This document shows positions 50,098 through 58,777 of a DNA stretch of 64,000 nucleotides, in pieces (position 1 is the first letter of the stretch; every line of letters starts with the position of its first letter). The stretch lies in assembly GCA_963804165.1 (NCBI GenBank), contig CAWDPO010000041.1:96001-160000 (forward strand), in the 5' to 3' direction. This DNA is from an uncultured delta proteobacterium (GTDB taxonomy: Bacteria; Desulfobacterota; Binatia; UBA9968). The translations under genes and the position numbers were made by a program. The notes below the pieces were generated by a model. It was not told where the DNA came from, searched no databases, and saw only the letters and a list, made by a program, of their open reading frames with translations.

Positions 50098-51450
50098 ATG
50101 GCCCAGTACGACTATGATTTGTTTACGATCGGTGCCGGTTCAGGCGGCGTGCGCGCGAGCCGAATGTCGGCGTCGTTCGGCGCTAAAGTGGCGGTGGCAG
50201 AAGAGCGCTACCTCGGCGGCACCTGCGTCAATGTCGGCTGTATTCCAAAAAAGCTTTTAGTCTACGCCTCGCACTTTGGCGACGATTTTGGCGACGCTAA
50301 AAATTATGGCTGGACGACGGCGGAAAGTCGCTTCGATTGGGCCCAGTTGATCGCCAATAAGAACAAGGAAATTCAGCGACTGAACGGTGTCTATCGAAAG
50401 GTTCTCAGCGATGCTGGAGTCACGATTATAGAGGATCATGCCGAAGTCATCGACGAACACACGGTGACCATCGGCGGGAAAAGGATCACAGCGAAGTACC
50501 TACTCGTCGCCGTTGGCAGTTGGCCGATGGTGCCGGAGTTTCCCGGTTGCGAACACGCAATCAGTTCCAACGAGGCATTTTATCTTCCCAGTTTGCCGCA
50601 AAGAGTGATCATCGTCGGTGGCGGTTACATCGGTGTCGAGTTCGCCGGAATATTTCACGGCCTGGGCGCGCAGACGACGCAGCTTTACTGGAGCGAGCTT
50701 TTTCTGCGCGGCTTCGACAGCGATATCCGCAGCACACTCGCCGAAGAAATGCGCAAACGCGGCATCGATCTGCGCTTTAAGACCGACGTCGTGAAGATCG
50801 ACAAGGTCGAGAACATGTTACGAGCGACATTGACCGATGGCACTGTCATCGGGGCCAACCAGATTCTATATGCCACGGGCCGGGTCTCCAAGACGCCAAG
50901 ATTGGGATTGGAAAGCGCCGGTGTGAATCTTAAAGCCAACGGCGCGGTGATCGTCGACGAGTACTCGAAGTCGAGTGTGGACAATATTTACGCCATCGGC
51001 GACTGCACCGACCGCTTGATGCTTACCCCGGTCGCGATCGCGGAAGGGATGGCGATAGCGAATACGTTGTTTAATAACAAACCAACTAAGCCCAACTATC
51101 TTAACGTGCCCACCGCGGTTTTCAGCACGCCGCCGTGCGGCACGGTCGGCATGACCGAGCAGCAAGCCCGCGCGAGCAATCTCGAGGTCGATATTTACAA
51201 GAGCGTATTCAAGCCTCTCAAGCACACGCTCACCGGCCGCGACGAGCGGACGATGATGAAACTCGTCGTCGAACGAGCCACAAACCGCGTGCTTGGCTGC
51301 CACATGGTCGGCGCCGACGCCGGTGAGATCATTCAAGGTCTCGCGGTCGCGCTTAACTGCGGCGCAACCAAAGCGCAGTTTGACGCGACGATCGGGATTC
51401 ATCCGACCGCCGCCGAGGAGTTCGTGACGATGCGCACCAAAGTCGCCTAG
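50098..51450 (+). CDS. gor: Glutathione-disulfide reductase
   Basis: GAGSGGVRA, GGTCVNVGCIPKK, GIHPTAAEEFVTMR. Confidence 0.95.
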   Translation: MAQYDYDLFTIGAGSGGVRASRMSASFGAKVAVAEERYLGGTCVNVGCIPKKLLVYASHFGDDFGDAKNYGWTTAESRFDWAQLIANKNKEIQRLNGVYRKVLSDAGVTIIEDHAEVIDEHTVTIGGKRITAKYLLVAVGSWPMVPEFPGCEHAISSNEAFYLPSLPQRVIIVGGGYIGVEFAGIFHGLGAQTTQLYWSELFLRGFDSDIRSTLAEEMRKRGIDLRFKTDVVKIDKVENMLRATLTDGTVIGANQILYATGRVSKTPRLGLESAGVNLKANGAVIVDEYSKSSVDNIYAIGDCTDRLMLTPVAIAEGMAIANTLFNNKPTKPNYLNVPTAVFSTPPCGTVGMTEQQARASNLEVDIYKSVFKPLKHTLTGRDERTMMKLVVERATNRVLGCHMVGADAGEIIQGLAVALNCGATKAQFDATIGIHPTAAEEFVTMRTKVA

Positions 51451-51489
51451 ACGGATTCGCGGTCGCAGGTTCCGAGAATTTCCCAATGA

Positions 51490-52165
51490 TTGCGAGACCA
51501 GCCAGCGCGGCGAAATGCTCGCGGTTGCCCAAGTCCATGTGCTGACTTGGTAGACCTGGTATCGCCGCGTCATGCCTGACGCGTTCCGCGCTTGATTGTT
51601 CATTTCGGCACGTGAGGCGGGCTGGCGAAGGTTTCTCGAAACACCACGGATGCTTCGGGTATACCAAGGTAGGCAAGAGACGGTCAGTTTTGTCAGTTTT
51701 GGCACTATGCGTGACAGTGACGAGGATTGGGCCTGAGCGTTGGCGAATTCTACGCGATCTACTATGTGTTAGCAGATTTTTGGCGAGGGAGGCGGCGGTC
51801 GGCCATGGGAGCGCGCGCAAAGAACTCAAGCCAACGAAGTCATGCTTTGGCTGCATTAGACCATTAGACCAATCCCGTGCCGGGAATTTTATCAGCGCTA
51901 AGGTCTCCAGCTCGACCTGGGGGCCGACAACGACCCCATGTCGGTGGCGTAAAACTCCCGGAAGTCCTTTACTCGAATGCCCTTGCGCGGCCAATCTGGG
52001 ATTGGGCAGGTGGAAGTTGTTTACGTTGGCAAACGAAACCGCAGCGTGCGCCGGCGCCACGGAGAAACTGCCCTAGATCGTTCCTCGTAGGGGCCGCGCA
52101 GCGGCAGCCGAGCCCTTTTTTGCCTACAAAATGAAGTCGTAACCATTCTGCCCCGACATCTTCAG
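51490..52165 (-). ncRNA. Candidate large ornate structured ncRNA (about 600-680 nt), strand tentative
   Basis: More than 12 nested helices in three or four domains; four A-C mismatches on + become G-U on -; extended -10 at 52173-81 on -. Confidence 0.55.
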
Positions 52166-52172
52166 CACCCCA

Positions 52173-52181
52173 ATTCTAGCA
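52173..52181 (-). promoter_or_regulatory. Extended -10 (TGCTAGAAT) pointing into the structured region
   Basis: TGnTAGAAT on the minus strand; no clear -35. Confidence 0.4.
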
Positions 52182-52200
52182 AGATCAAGCGCTTAAGGTC

Positions 52201-52216
52201 TGGCATTTTCGTTGCA
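52201..52216 (+). promoter_or_regulatory. Sigma54 -24/-12 promoter
   Basis: TGGCATTTTCGTTGCA, exact GG-N10-GC spacing, about 40 nt upstream of the CDS. Confidence 0.7.
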
Positions 52217-52252
52217 CAGCTGAATCAACGAAAGTACGTCGTTGCGAAGGGG

Positions 52253-53017
52253 GTGTCGATGGACAGGGAAGCTTTTCGAGAGCAAATGCTTGGGGTGATG
52301 GAGCGGAAGCGACATTGGGCTTGGCCGCTATTTACCTCCGGTCGTGTTCCAAAGGACCGACTCCATTTCCACTTCGAGCAAGAGTACGAAACCTACGTCC
52401 GCGACTTTCCCGTGCTGGTGGGCCGAGCCTATGTCCGCTGTCCGATTCCCGAAATCCGTCGAAGCTTGGCAGAAAACTTGTACGAAGAGGAAACCGGAGG
52501 TCTCGTCGCCGGCAGTCCGCATCCGCTATTGTTTCTTGAGTATCCGCGCGGACTCGGGATGGACCTCGATCGATTCGAGCACGTGCAGCCTCTCCCTGCC
52601 GCAAAGCGCTACCGTAAGTTTCTCGACGAGGCGACCCAGCACTTCGGCTGGGATATCGCAGCGGCAATCGTCACTATATTTGTCGAAGGCTCATGCGATG
52701 AACGTTCCGCTATGGATCCGCGGAGTCAACCTGCACCGCCGCCGTTGGACCAACATCCACTGGTGAAGTATTACGGCTTATCCGTGGACCATTTGGCACT
52801 CACCAAGGCGCACCGCCAAGTCGAAGGCAGTCATCGCGCGGCAGCGTGGAGGGCGATTATCGATCACGTCGTGCCAATGCGGCGTGGCGCGGTTGTCCGG
52901 GCGATGAAAGATGCCTTAGAACTCTGGTTCGGGTATCGCGACGCCGTGGCGGAAATTTGCGGCCTAGAGCGGGCAGACACGGACAACTCGCCCGGTCGTG
53001 CGACAGCGACCGCCTGA
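52253..53017 (+). CDS. Heme-oxygenase-like diiron protein (PqqC/CADD/TenA superfamily)
   Basis: LAENLYEEETG...HPLLF, IFVEG, AHRQVEGSH. Confidence 0.82.
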   Translation: MSMDREAFREQMLGVMERKRHWAWPLFTSGRVPKDRLHFHFEQEYETYVRDFPVLVGRAYVRCPIPEIRRSLAENLYEEETGGLVAGSPHPLLFLEYPRGLGMDLDRFEHVQPLPAAKRYRKFLDEATQHFGWDIAAAIVTIFVEGSCDERSAMDPRSQPAPPPLDQHPLVKYYGLSVDHLALTKAHRQVEGSHRAAAWRAIIDHVVPMRRGAVVRAMKDALELWFGYRDAVAEICGLERADTDNSPGRATATA

Positions 53018-53023
53018 GAGGTA

Positions 53024-54324
53024 TTACCCGATGGGCTCGCCGCGATAGCTTCGCGCGAGAATCTGCATCGGATTGAGCGGGCGGCGGCCGTTGCCTTGCT
53101 CGATTTGCAGCGCCGCAAGCGGGCAATCTGAACACGTTACTTTGGGATTGTTTTCCGCCATCGCTTGGAAGGCGCGGTTGCCCCATTTTAGCGATTGCTC
53201 GAAGTTTTCCTTTTTCATCGCCCACGTGCCGTCGTGACCGGAGCATTCTTCGACTACGGTCACATTCGTATCGGGCAAGAGCGAAAGCACATCACGGGTT
53301 TTGTAGCCAATGTTTTGCGCGCGCAGGTGGCAAGGCATGTGTAACTGAGATCATCCGCCCCCGTTTGGAAATCTTTCTTGAGCTTTCCTTGGGCTGCCAA
53401 TCCGGCGAGAAATTCCATCGGGTCCATGGTCTGCGCGGCGAGATTTTTCGCTGCCTCGGTGCCGAGCAGCCGCGGATATTCGACGCGGATCATCTGTGAG
53501 CAAGTCGGATTCGTCGCGATAACTTTGCGCCCGTCTTCGACGTACTGAGTTAAGCTCGCAACATTTTGTCTGGCTGCCGTAATGGCGCCATCGATGTCGC
53601 CGTTGTGCCAGAGCGGCATCCCGCAACAGCGCTCGTAAGCAAACGCGACGTCGATATTGTTGTGCGCCATGACTTCCAATGTGTCCGTGCCGATTTCCGG
53701 TTGATTGTAGTTGACGTAGCAGGTGGAAAAAAACGCGATTTTGGCCGTCGGCTCGCCCCGTGATGGTTTGCGCTGGCCGTCGAACTGCGCGGCGAAAGTC
53801 TTGGACGCGAAGGGCGGAAGTTTTTTGTCTTTGTGAATCCCCACCACGCTGTGCATGAGTTGGCGGTTGAGCGCATTCTCATTGGCCCAATTCGCCAAGG
53901 GAGCGGTTGCGGTCCCGAGCTTACCGACCAGATCCGGATGACCCAGCAGTTTGTCGACCAGCGGCACGCCTTTTTTCCTCACTTCCTGCGCTTTCGCGCG
54001 AGTGATCAAGCGAGGAAAATCGATGGCCCATTCGTGATCGCCTGGTGTGTAGGGACATTTGATGTAGCAAAGCTTGCACTGGAAACAAAGATCGACGACT
54101 TTGCTGACGTCCTCTACCTTTAGTTTCTTGGTATCGACTTCGGCGTATTTGCCTTCGGTGCAGTAGTCGTCGATGGCGTCGAACATGGTCGGAAAACTGC
54201 CGCAGTACTTGACGCACATGCGGCAGTCGGCACACAAGCTGAAGACACGCTCAACTTCGGAGCGGAGATCCTTTTCATCATAATATCTGCCATCTGTCGG
54301 ATCGTAAGCTGGATTGTTGGCCAC
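53024..54324 (-). CDS. GlpC/HdrD-like Fe-S oxidoreductase (2x4Fe-4S plus CCG domains), frameshift near 53340
   Basis: CADCRMCVKYC, CFQCKLCYIKCPY, ERCCGMP, PCHLRAQNIG, CSGHDGTW, SDCPLA. Confidence 0.88.
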
Positions 54325-54385
54325 GCGAATACCCTCAGCCGATTCTCAATTAACACTATCCCATGGTGTTGGGTGGAAACAACAA

Positions 54386-54490
54386 CGGAAGCAAAACCTG
54401 CCCGCTCAACCAAGGCTGTGAGGTGCAGTTCAATCCCGCCCATCCTTACGTCGAGGCCATCTCGTCCTTGACCACGAGGTTGAGCTTCCG
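54386..54490. promoter_or_regulatory. Rod-like structured intergenic element
   Basis: CGGAAGC/GCTTCCG, GCTCAACC/GGTTGAGC, CAAGG/CCTTG, GAGGTG/CATCTC. Confidence 0.4.
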
Positions 54491-54607
54491 AGGCCAAGCC
54501 CGCGGCTTTTCGATCATTTTTTACGGGAAAATTTGAAGGAATATCGTCGTGCTCAGAGCCGTTAACGTTGCCAGATTCAGCTCGTCTAATCGGCTCAGGA
54601 GGTTGTT

Positions 54608-55063
54608 ATGGCAAAAAAATCGTACATGACTTTTCTGGCGGCAGGGTTCGTATCCTTGCTGACGTTTGGCGATTTCGATCCTGCGGAGGCACGTGACCGT
54701 AATCGCAACGGGAGATCTGATCAGGCGCGCCGCGAGTTGCGCCGGGACCACGCCGAATTGGAGCGAGACCGCGCAGATTTGTCCCGTTTATATCGGCGCG
54801 GCGCGAGCCGAAGCGAGATCGGCCGAAAGAGAGCTGAAATCCGCGATGATCTGAGAGAGATCGCCCAGGATCGCCGGGAAATCTACGGCAATGATGGCGA
54901 AAATCGCTATGACCGTTACCGGTACGGAAACGGGTATGGCAATTACGGCTGGTCCGGCAATCGGAGCGGCGGCTGGGATCGCAACGAAAACAGCTGGTGG
55001 AATTGGGGCAACAACCGCTGGGATAATCGGGATCGCCGGGCCTGGGACTATTGGTACGAATAG
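54608..55063 (+). CDS. Secreted low-complexity protein (R/D/E helical core, G/N/Y/W-rich tail)
   Basis: RBS AGGAGG; signal peptide ending AEA; own terminator. Confidence 0.75.
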   Translation: MAKKSYMTFLAAGFVSLLTFGDFDPAEARDRNRNGRSDQARRELRRDHAELERDRADLSRLYRRGASRSEIGRKRAEIRDDLREIAQDRREIYGNDGENRYDRYRYGNGYGNYGWSGNRSGGWDRNENSWWNWGNNRWDNRDRRAWDYWYE

Positions 55064-55105
55064 CGTACGAAGGCTCGGCCAAAGCTGTAACTGTCTGGCT
55101 ATCTT

Positions 55106-55143
55106 GACAGGAGGCGGATCGCTCCCCGCCTCCTGTCCCTTTT
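55106..55143 (+). terminator. Intrinsic terminator
   Basis: GACAGGAGGCGG/CCGCCTCCTGTC plus CCTTTT. Confidence 0.75.
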
Positions 55144-55210
55144 GCAATCTTGACTTCCTGATCGACGCGGTCCTATAAGCGAAGATACTCTCGCTTCGCC
55201 GAAAGACCTC

Positions 55211-56393
55211 ATGATCATTGATTGCGACACCCATTTGATGCCGCGCGATGCTTTCGATAGCGTCGACGGCGACTTCGCTCGGCTTAAACCCGCGCTAAAG
55301 TTTAACGACCAAGGCCTTTACGTTGACGTCGAATTTCCCGGCTATCCGGCAGAGATGCCGGGTACGAGCCCATTGCTCGCGCCTGGTTCTGGCGCCATGT
55401 TTAGGAGTCTTTGGAATATCGAAGATCGGATGCGTGACTACGATCACAGGCTCGGCATCGAACGCCACGTGGTCTTGCCGCAGTTCTCCGGGTGGTGGTC
55501 GTATCTCATCGAGCCCGAGCTTGCATGCCGGATGGCTCGTTCGCACAACGAGGCGCTTTTGCGGCTGATGAGAGAGCATAAGGGGCGAATCCTGGGTGTC
55601 GCGCTGATCCCGCTGCAGGATGTATCAGGTTCGATCCGGGAGATGGAATGGGCCAAGGAAAACGGTTTCTGTGCCGTCGTGCTCGATAAAGTTTTTCCGG
55701 TAAAAGATCATCCCTGCAGCGAGCCCTTGGGAAGCCATCGTGAGCTTTGGCCATTTTTCAGCCGCGCCCAAGAGTTGTCGATGCCGATATATCTGCACAA
55801 CGTCCAGCACGGCCACCGCATGAGTAACTTGCCGCAGTTCCAGCGCGACGGTTTGTATATTTTTGCCCCGCAGGAAGGGCACATGAGCTTGGTGTCGCTG
55901 ATTTACCAGCGGTTTGCTGGATGAATTCTCTGAACTGCAATTTGTTTATACCGAGGCCGGTACGTCGTTTATCAAACCATTAGTCCAGTGGCTCGATCGA
56001 GTCCTGGAGCGGCCGCCGGTGGATTATGACGATCAGGAAGAGCCATTGACGAATCGTGGGCCGTTAACCAAGATTGGTGAGCGGCTGCGAAGGGCCAGGG
56101 CGCTCTATCCCGCCGAGGTGTTTCTGGAGAAGAACCAGCAGAAAGCCAGTCACTACTTCCAAAATAATTTTTACTTCACCATCGAAACCGAAGAGCCGGA
56201 ATTAGCCGAGGCCGTAGAGTTTCTAGGCGCGGAAAGATTTCTCTTCGCGACTGATTACCCGCACGATGATCCGGGTGGGCGAATGAAGTTCGAAGACGTG
56301 CGTCTATTGCGCGACAACCGCCAAATCGCCGAGGAAGCCAAAGAACTGATCCGCTGGAAAAATGCCCAGCGCCTTTTCAACTTAGCGGTCTGA
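55211..56393 (+). CDS. Amidohydrolase_2 family, frameshift near 55905
   Basis: IIDCDTH, IYLH; second ORF has TEAG, FATDYPHDD. Confidence 0.87.
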
Positions 56394-56398
56394 TCATC

Positions 56399-56887
56399 GT
56401 GGCCATACCTCAACGCTACAACACAGGTTACAATATCGGTGTCGGCGGCGCGGTGGTGCGCGAGGACAAGCTGCTCTTTATTCGGCGCGCTTCCCGCCAT
56501 GGTCGCGGCAACTGGCAATTGCCCGGAGGTTTCATCGAGCCGGATGAGACCATCGAGCAGGCGGTGGTGCGGGAGGTCCAGGAGGAGTCCGGAGTTACGG
56601 CCGAAGTGGAGGCGGTTCTCGGGCTGCGCAGCCGCTACGACCCCGATAGCGGCAACGGCATATACGTCATTCTGCTTTTGCGGCCGGTGAGCGGCGAACC
56701 TAAAGCGGACGGATATGAAACCGACCACGCCGAATATTTTACCCTTGAGCAAATACGCCAGCTCAATCCGCTGCCGCCGGTTAACTGGGAAATCGCCCAA
56801 CGGGTTCTTTCCGTCGACCGGCGCATCTTGCTGCCCAAGCCGCTGACCAACTTAAACGGCGCAAAGTTCACGCTGTTTGTCGGCTGA
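56399..56887 (+). CDS. Nudix hydrolase
   Basis: PGGFIEPDETIEQAVVREVQEESG. Confidence 0.93.
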   Translation: MAIPQRYNTGYNIGVGGAVVREDKLLFIRRASRHGRGNWQLPGGFIEPDETIEQAVVREVQEESGVTAEVEAVLGLRSRYDPDSGNGIYVILLLRPVSGEPKADGYETDHAEYFTLEQIRQLNPLPPVNWEIAQRVLSVDRRILLPKPLTNLNGAKFTLFVG

Positions 56888-56954
56888 TCGCCCGGAAGCT
56901 CGCGTTCGGACACTTTATTGGAGCGGGAATTCACTGAGGCGAGTTGAGTGTTTA

Positions 56955-58106
56955 TTAACGTTCGGTTGGTGTGAGAATGATCACCTTGATCAGCAATTCG
57001 CGGTCGGATTTCGCTGCCAGCTCATTTGACATGATGCCGGTTTTCTTCTCTGACTCAATTGCGGCTTCGGTGGCGAGTTCTTTCCGAAACTGGTCGTAAC
57101 GTTCAGCCGGTACCGTAAACCACCTAATTTCCGTCAACGAATTCGGCGCTGCCGCAACGGAACCTGCTCGTTTCGCCGCGGCAGCGGATGTCACTGCATC
57201 CGCTTCGGCCCGCTGGCGTTGCAGACTCCCGGATACCGGGCGATCGCCGCTTGGTTTGTCCGTTTGATCGCTGCGCTCCCCGGCACGGCGCCTGACGACA
57301 AACTCCACGTCAGCGCTCGGCTCGGTCATCGGAGATACCGACGGTTCAGGGGCAAATATTCCGGAACGTAGCGAGCCGCGGAGCGTTGTGCCGATGTCGA
57401 AAGCATCGCCGCTGGGGCGGAAGTTTTCTCTGCCAGTGGCAACTTCTTGCGCCTGAATGGGCGGACGGCGCGGCGCGTCTTTGAACTCTGTCGCGTTGTT
57501 TTCCGTTTTGGCTGACGGCTGAGATGCCGCCGGCGCCTCTTCTTTTGACAACAGGGAGTCCGCAACCGTCTTGCGGCGGGCTTCTGCGGCGGACAGCTGG
57601 GCGATCGCTACGTCAGGGTTACGATCGCGCTTAGCATCTTTGGCGATCGGCGCTGCAGGTGCGACGGGTTGGCTGGAATCACTCTCGGCGTTTACTTTCC
57701 GCTCGGACGGCAACTGCATTGCCGGCACAGGCGCGCTCAGTTCGTCCGGCCGGTTATTCTTGATTTGTGATTCCTTCTGATAGAGAAAGACCGCCAAAAT
57801 CGCAACCAGGACAACGGCTGCGGCTTGCATCGGCATGCCGATTTTGAGCGGCGGGGATATCCTCTGCCAGAACATTGGCTTGACCTCGATCTCTCGTACT
57901 TGAGCCATTATCCGCTGGGCAAAGCCCGCCGGCGGGTCGACCCTTGGCAGCTGAGCCACTTGTTTAACGCAATCGAGGATACCATCGGCTTCTTCGTGGC
58001 AAAGAGGGCAAGACAGAAGGTGCATTTCGATGTTTTTCATCCGGAGCGAGTCGAGGGACTTTTCCAGATAGTTTGGAAGCTCGATTTGCACTTCTTGACA
58101 ATTCAT
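56955..58106 (-). CDS. Zinc-finger (ZAS) anti-sigma factor, single TM
   Basis: MNCQEV...HLLSCPLC (HxxxCxxC), TM helix, coupled to the sigma gene. Confidence 0.88.
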   Translation of the reverse strand: MNCQEVQIELPNYLEKSLDSLRMKNIEMHLLSCPLCHEEADGILDCVKQVAQLPRVDPPAGFAQRIMAQVREIEVKPMFWQRISPPLKIGMPMQAAAVVLVAILAVFLYQKESQIKNNRPDELSAPVPAMQLPSERKVNAESDSSQPVAPAAPIAKDAKRDRNPDVAIAQLSAAEARRKTVADSLLSKEEAPAASQPSAKTENNATEFKDAPRRPPIQAQEVATGRENFRPSGDAFDIGTTLRGSLRSGIFAPEPSVSPMTEPSADVEFVVRRRAGERSDQTDKPSGDRPVSGSLQRQRAEADAVTSAAAAKRAGSVAAAPNSLTEIRWFTVPAERYDQFRKELATEAAIESEKKTGIMSNELAAKSDRELLIKVIILTPTER

Positions 58107-58681
58107 ATCGCTTTCCTTCCCGCGTAGAAATGTGGCGCGAGCTGCGCTTTGAGAGCTTGTCGTGCCCGATGCAGCCGGGATTTTACCGTCCCCACAGGTA
58201 TCTCGAGCACGCGCGCGACTTCGTCATAGGGGATGTCTTGCAGGTCTCTAAGCAGGAGAACCTTCGCGTCTTCCGGGTCGAGCTGGCTCAACGCATGTTG
58301 CACTCGTTCACGAATTTGTTTTTTTTCTAATGTTTCTGGAGGGCCGGGCTGGGGATCGCTGAGCAGATCGGCACTCTCGATCGGCACTATCCGCTGCTGT
58401 CTCGCGCCGAGGCTTTTGCGCCTCGTGCTCGAATGATTTAGCGCGATTCGGTAAAGCCATGTGGAAAAATTGGCATCGCCGCGAAACTGACCAACGGCGC
58501 GAAAGGCAGACAAGAAGACTTCCTGGGAAACCTCAGCGGCCTCGTCGTAGTCACCAAGCATGCGATAGACCAAATTAAAAATCGTCTTTTCGTGACGGCG
58601 AACCAGTATCTCGAAGGCGTCCGTTTCTCCGCGCTGCAGCCTCCGGACGCATTCCGCGTCGCTGATCCCGTCCGACACCAT
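58103..58681 (-). CDS. ECF sigma-70 factor (RpoE/SigW-like)
   Basis: FSTWLYRIALN, YDEVARVLEIPVGTVKSRLHRAR; start taken as ATG 58681, downstream of the ECF-type promoter. Confidence 0.93.
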   Translation of the reverse strand: MVSDGISDAECVRRLQRGETDAFEILVRRHEKTIFNLVYRMLGDYDEAAEVSQEVFLSAFRAVGQFRGDANFSTWLYRIALNHSSTRRKSLGARQQRIVPIESADLLSDPQPGPPETLEKKQIRERVQHALSQLDPEDAKVLLLRDLQDIPYDEVARVLEIPVGTVKSRLHRARQALKAQLAPHFYAGRKAI

Positions 58682-58694
58682 CTCGTTTGACTGA

Positions 58695-58722
58695 TTAGAC
58701 AAATCCTTCAAGAAAAGGTTCC
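58695..58722 (-). promoter_or_regulatory. ECF-type autoregulatory promoter
   Basis: GGAACC-N16-GTCTAA directly upstream of the sigma ATG. Confidence 0.7.
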
Positions 58723-58777
58723 CGATTCGCCGACCTTACCTAAAATAGCGAGATTGCGGGAAGTTTACCAATCTTAG

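Noticed and set aside
31127-51755. Shared 10-mer AATTCTACGC in both large RNA candidates
   Set aside because: One 10-mer shared between regions of this size is not unlikely by chance, and the two regions favour opposite strands
51353-52134. ORFs of 235, 154 and 85 aa across the structured region
   Set aside because: No motifs, no convincing RBS, and atypical composition
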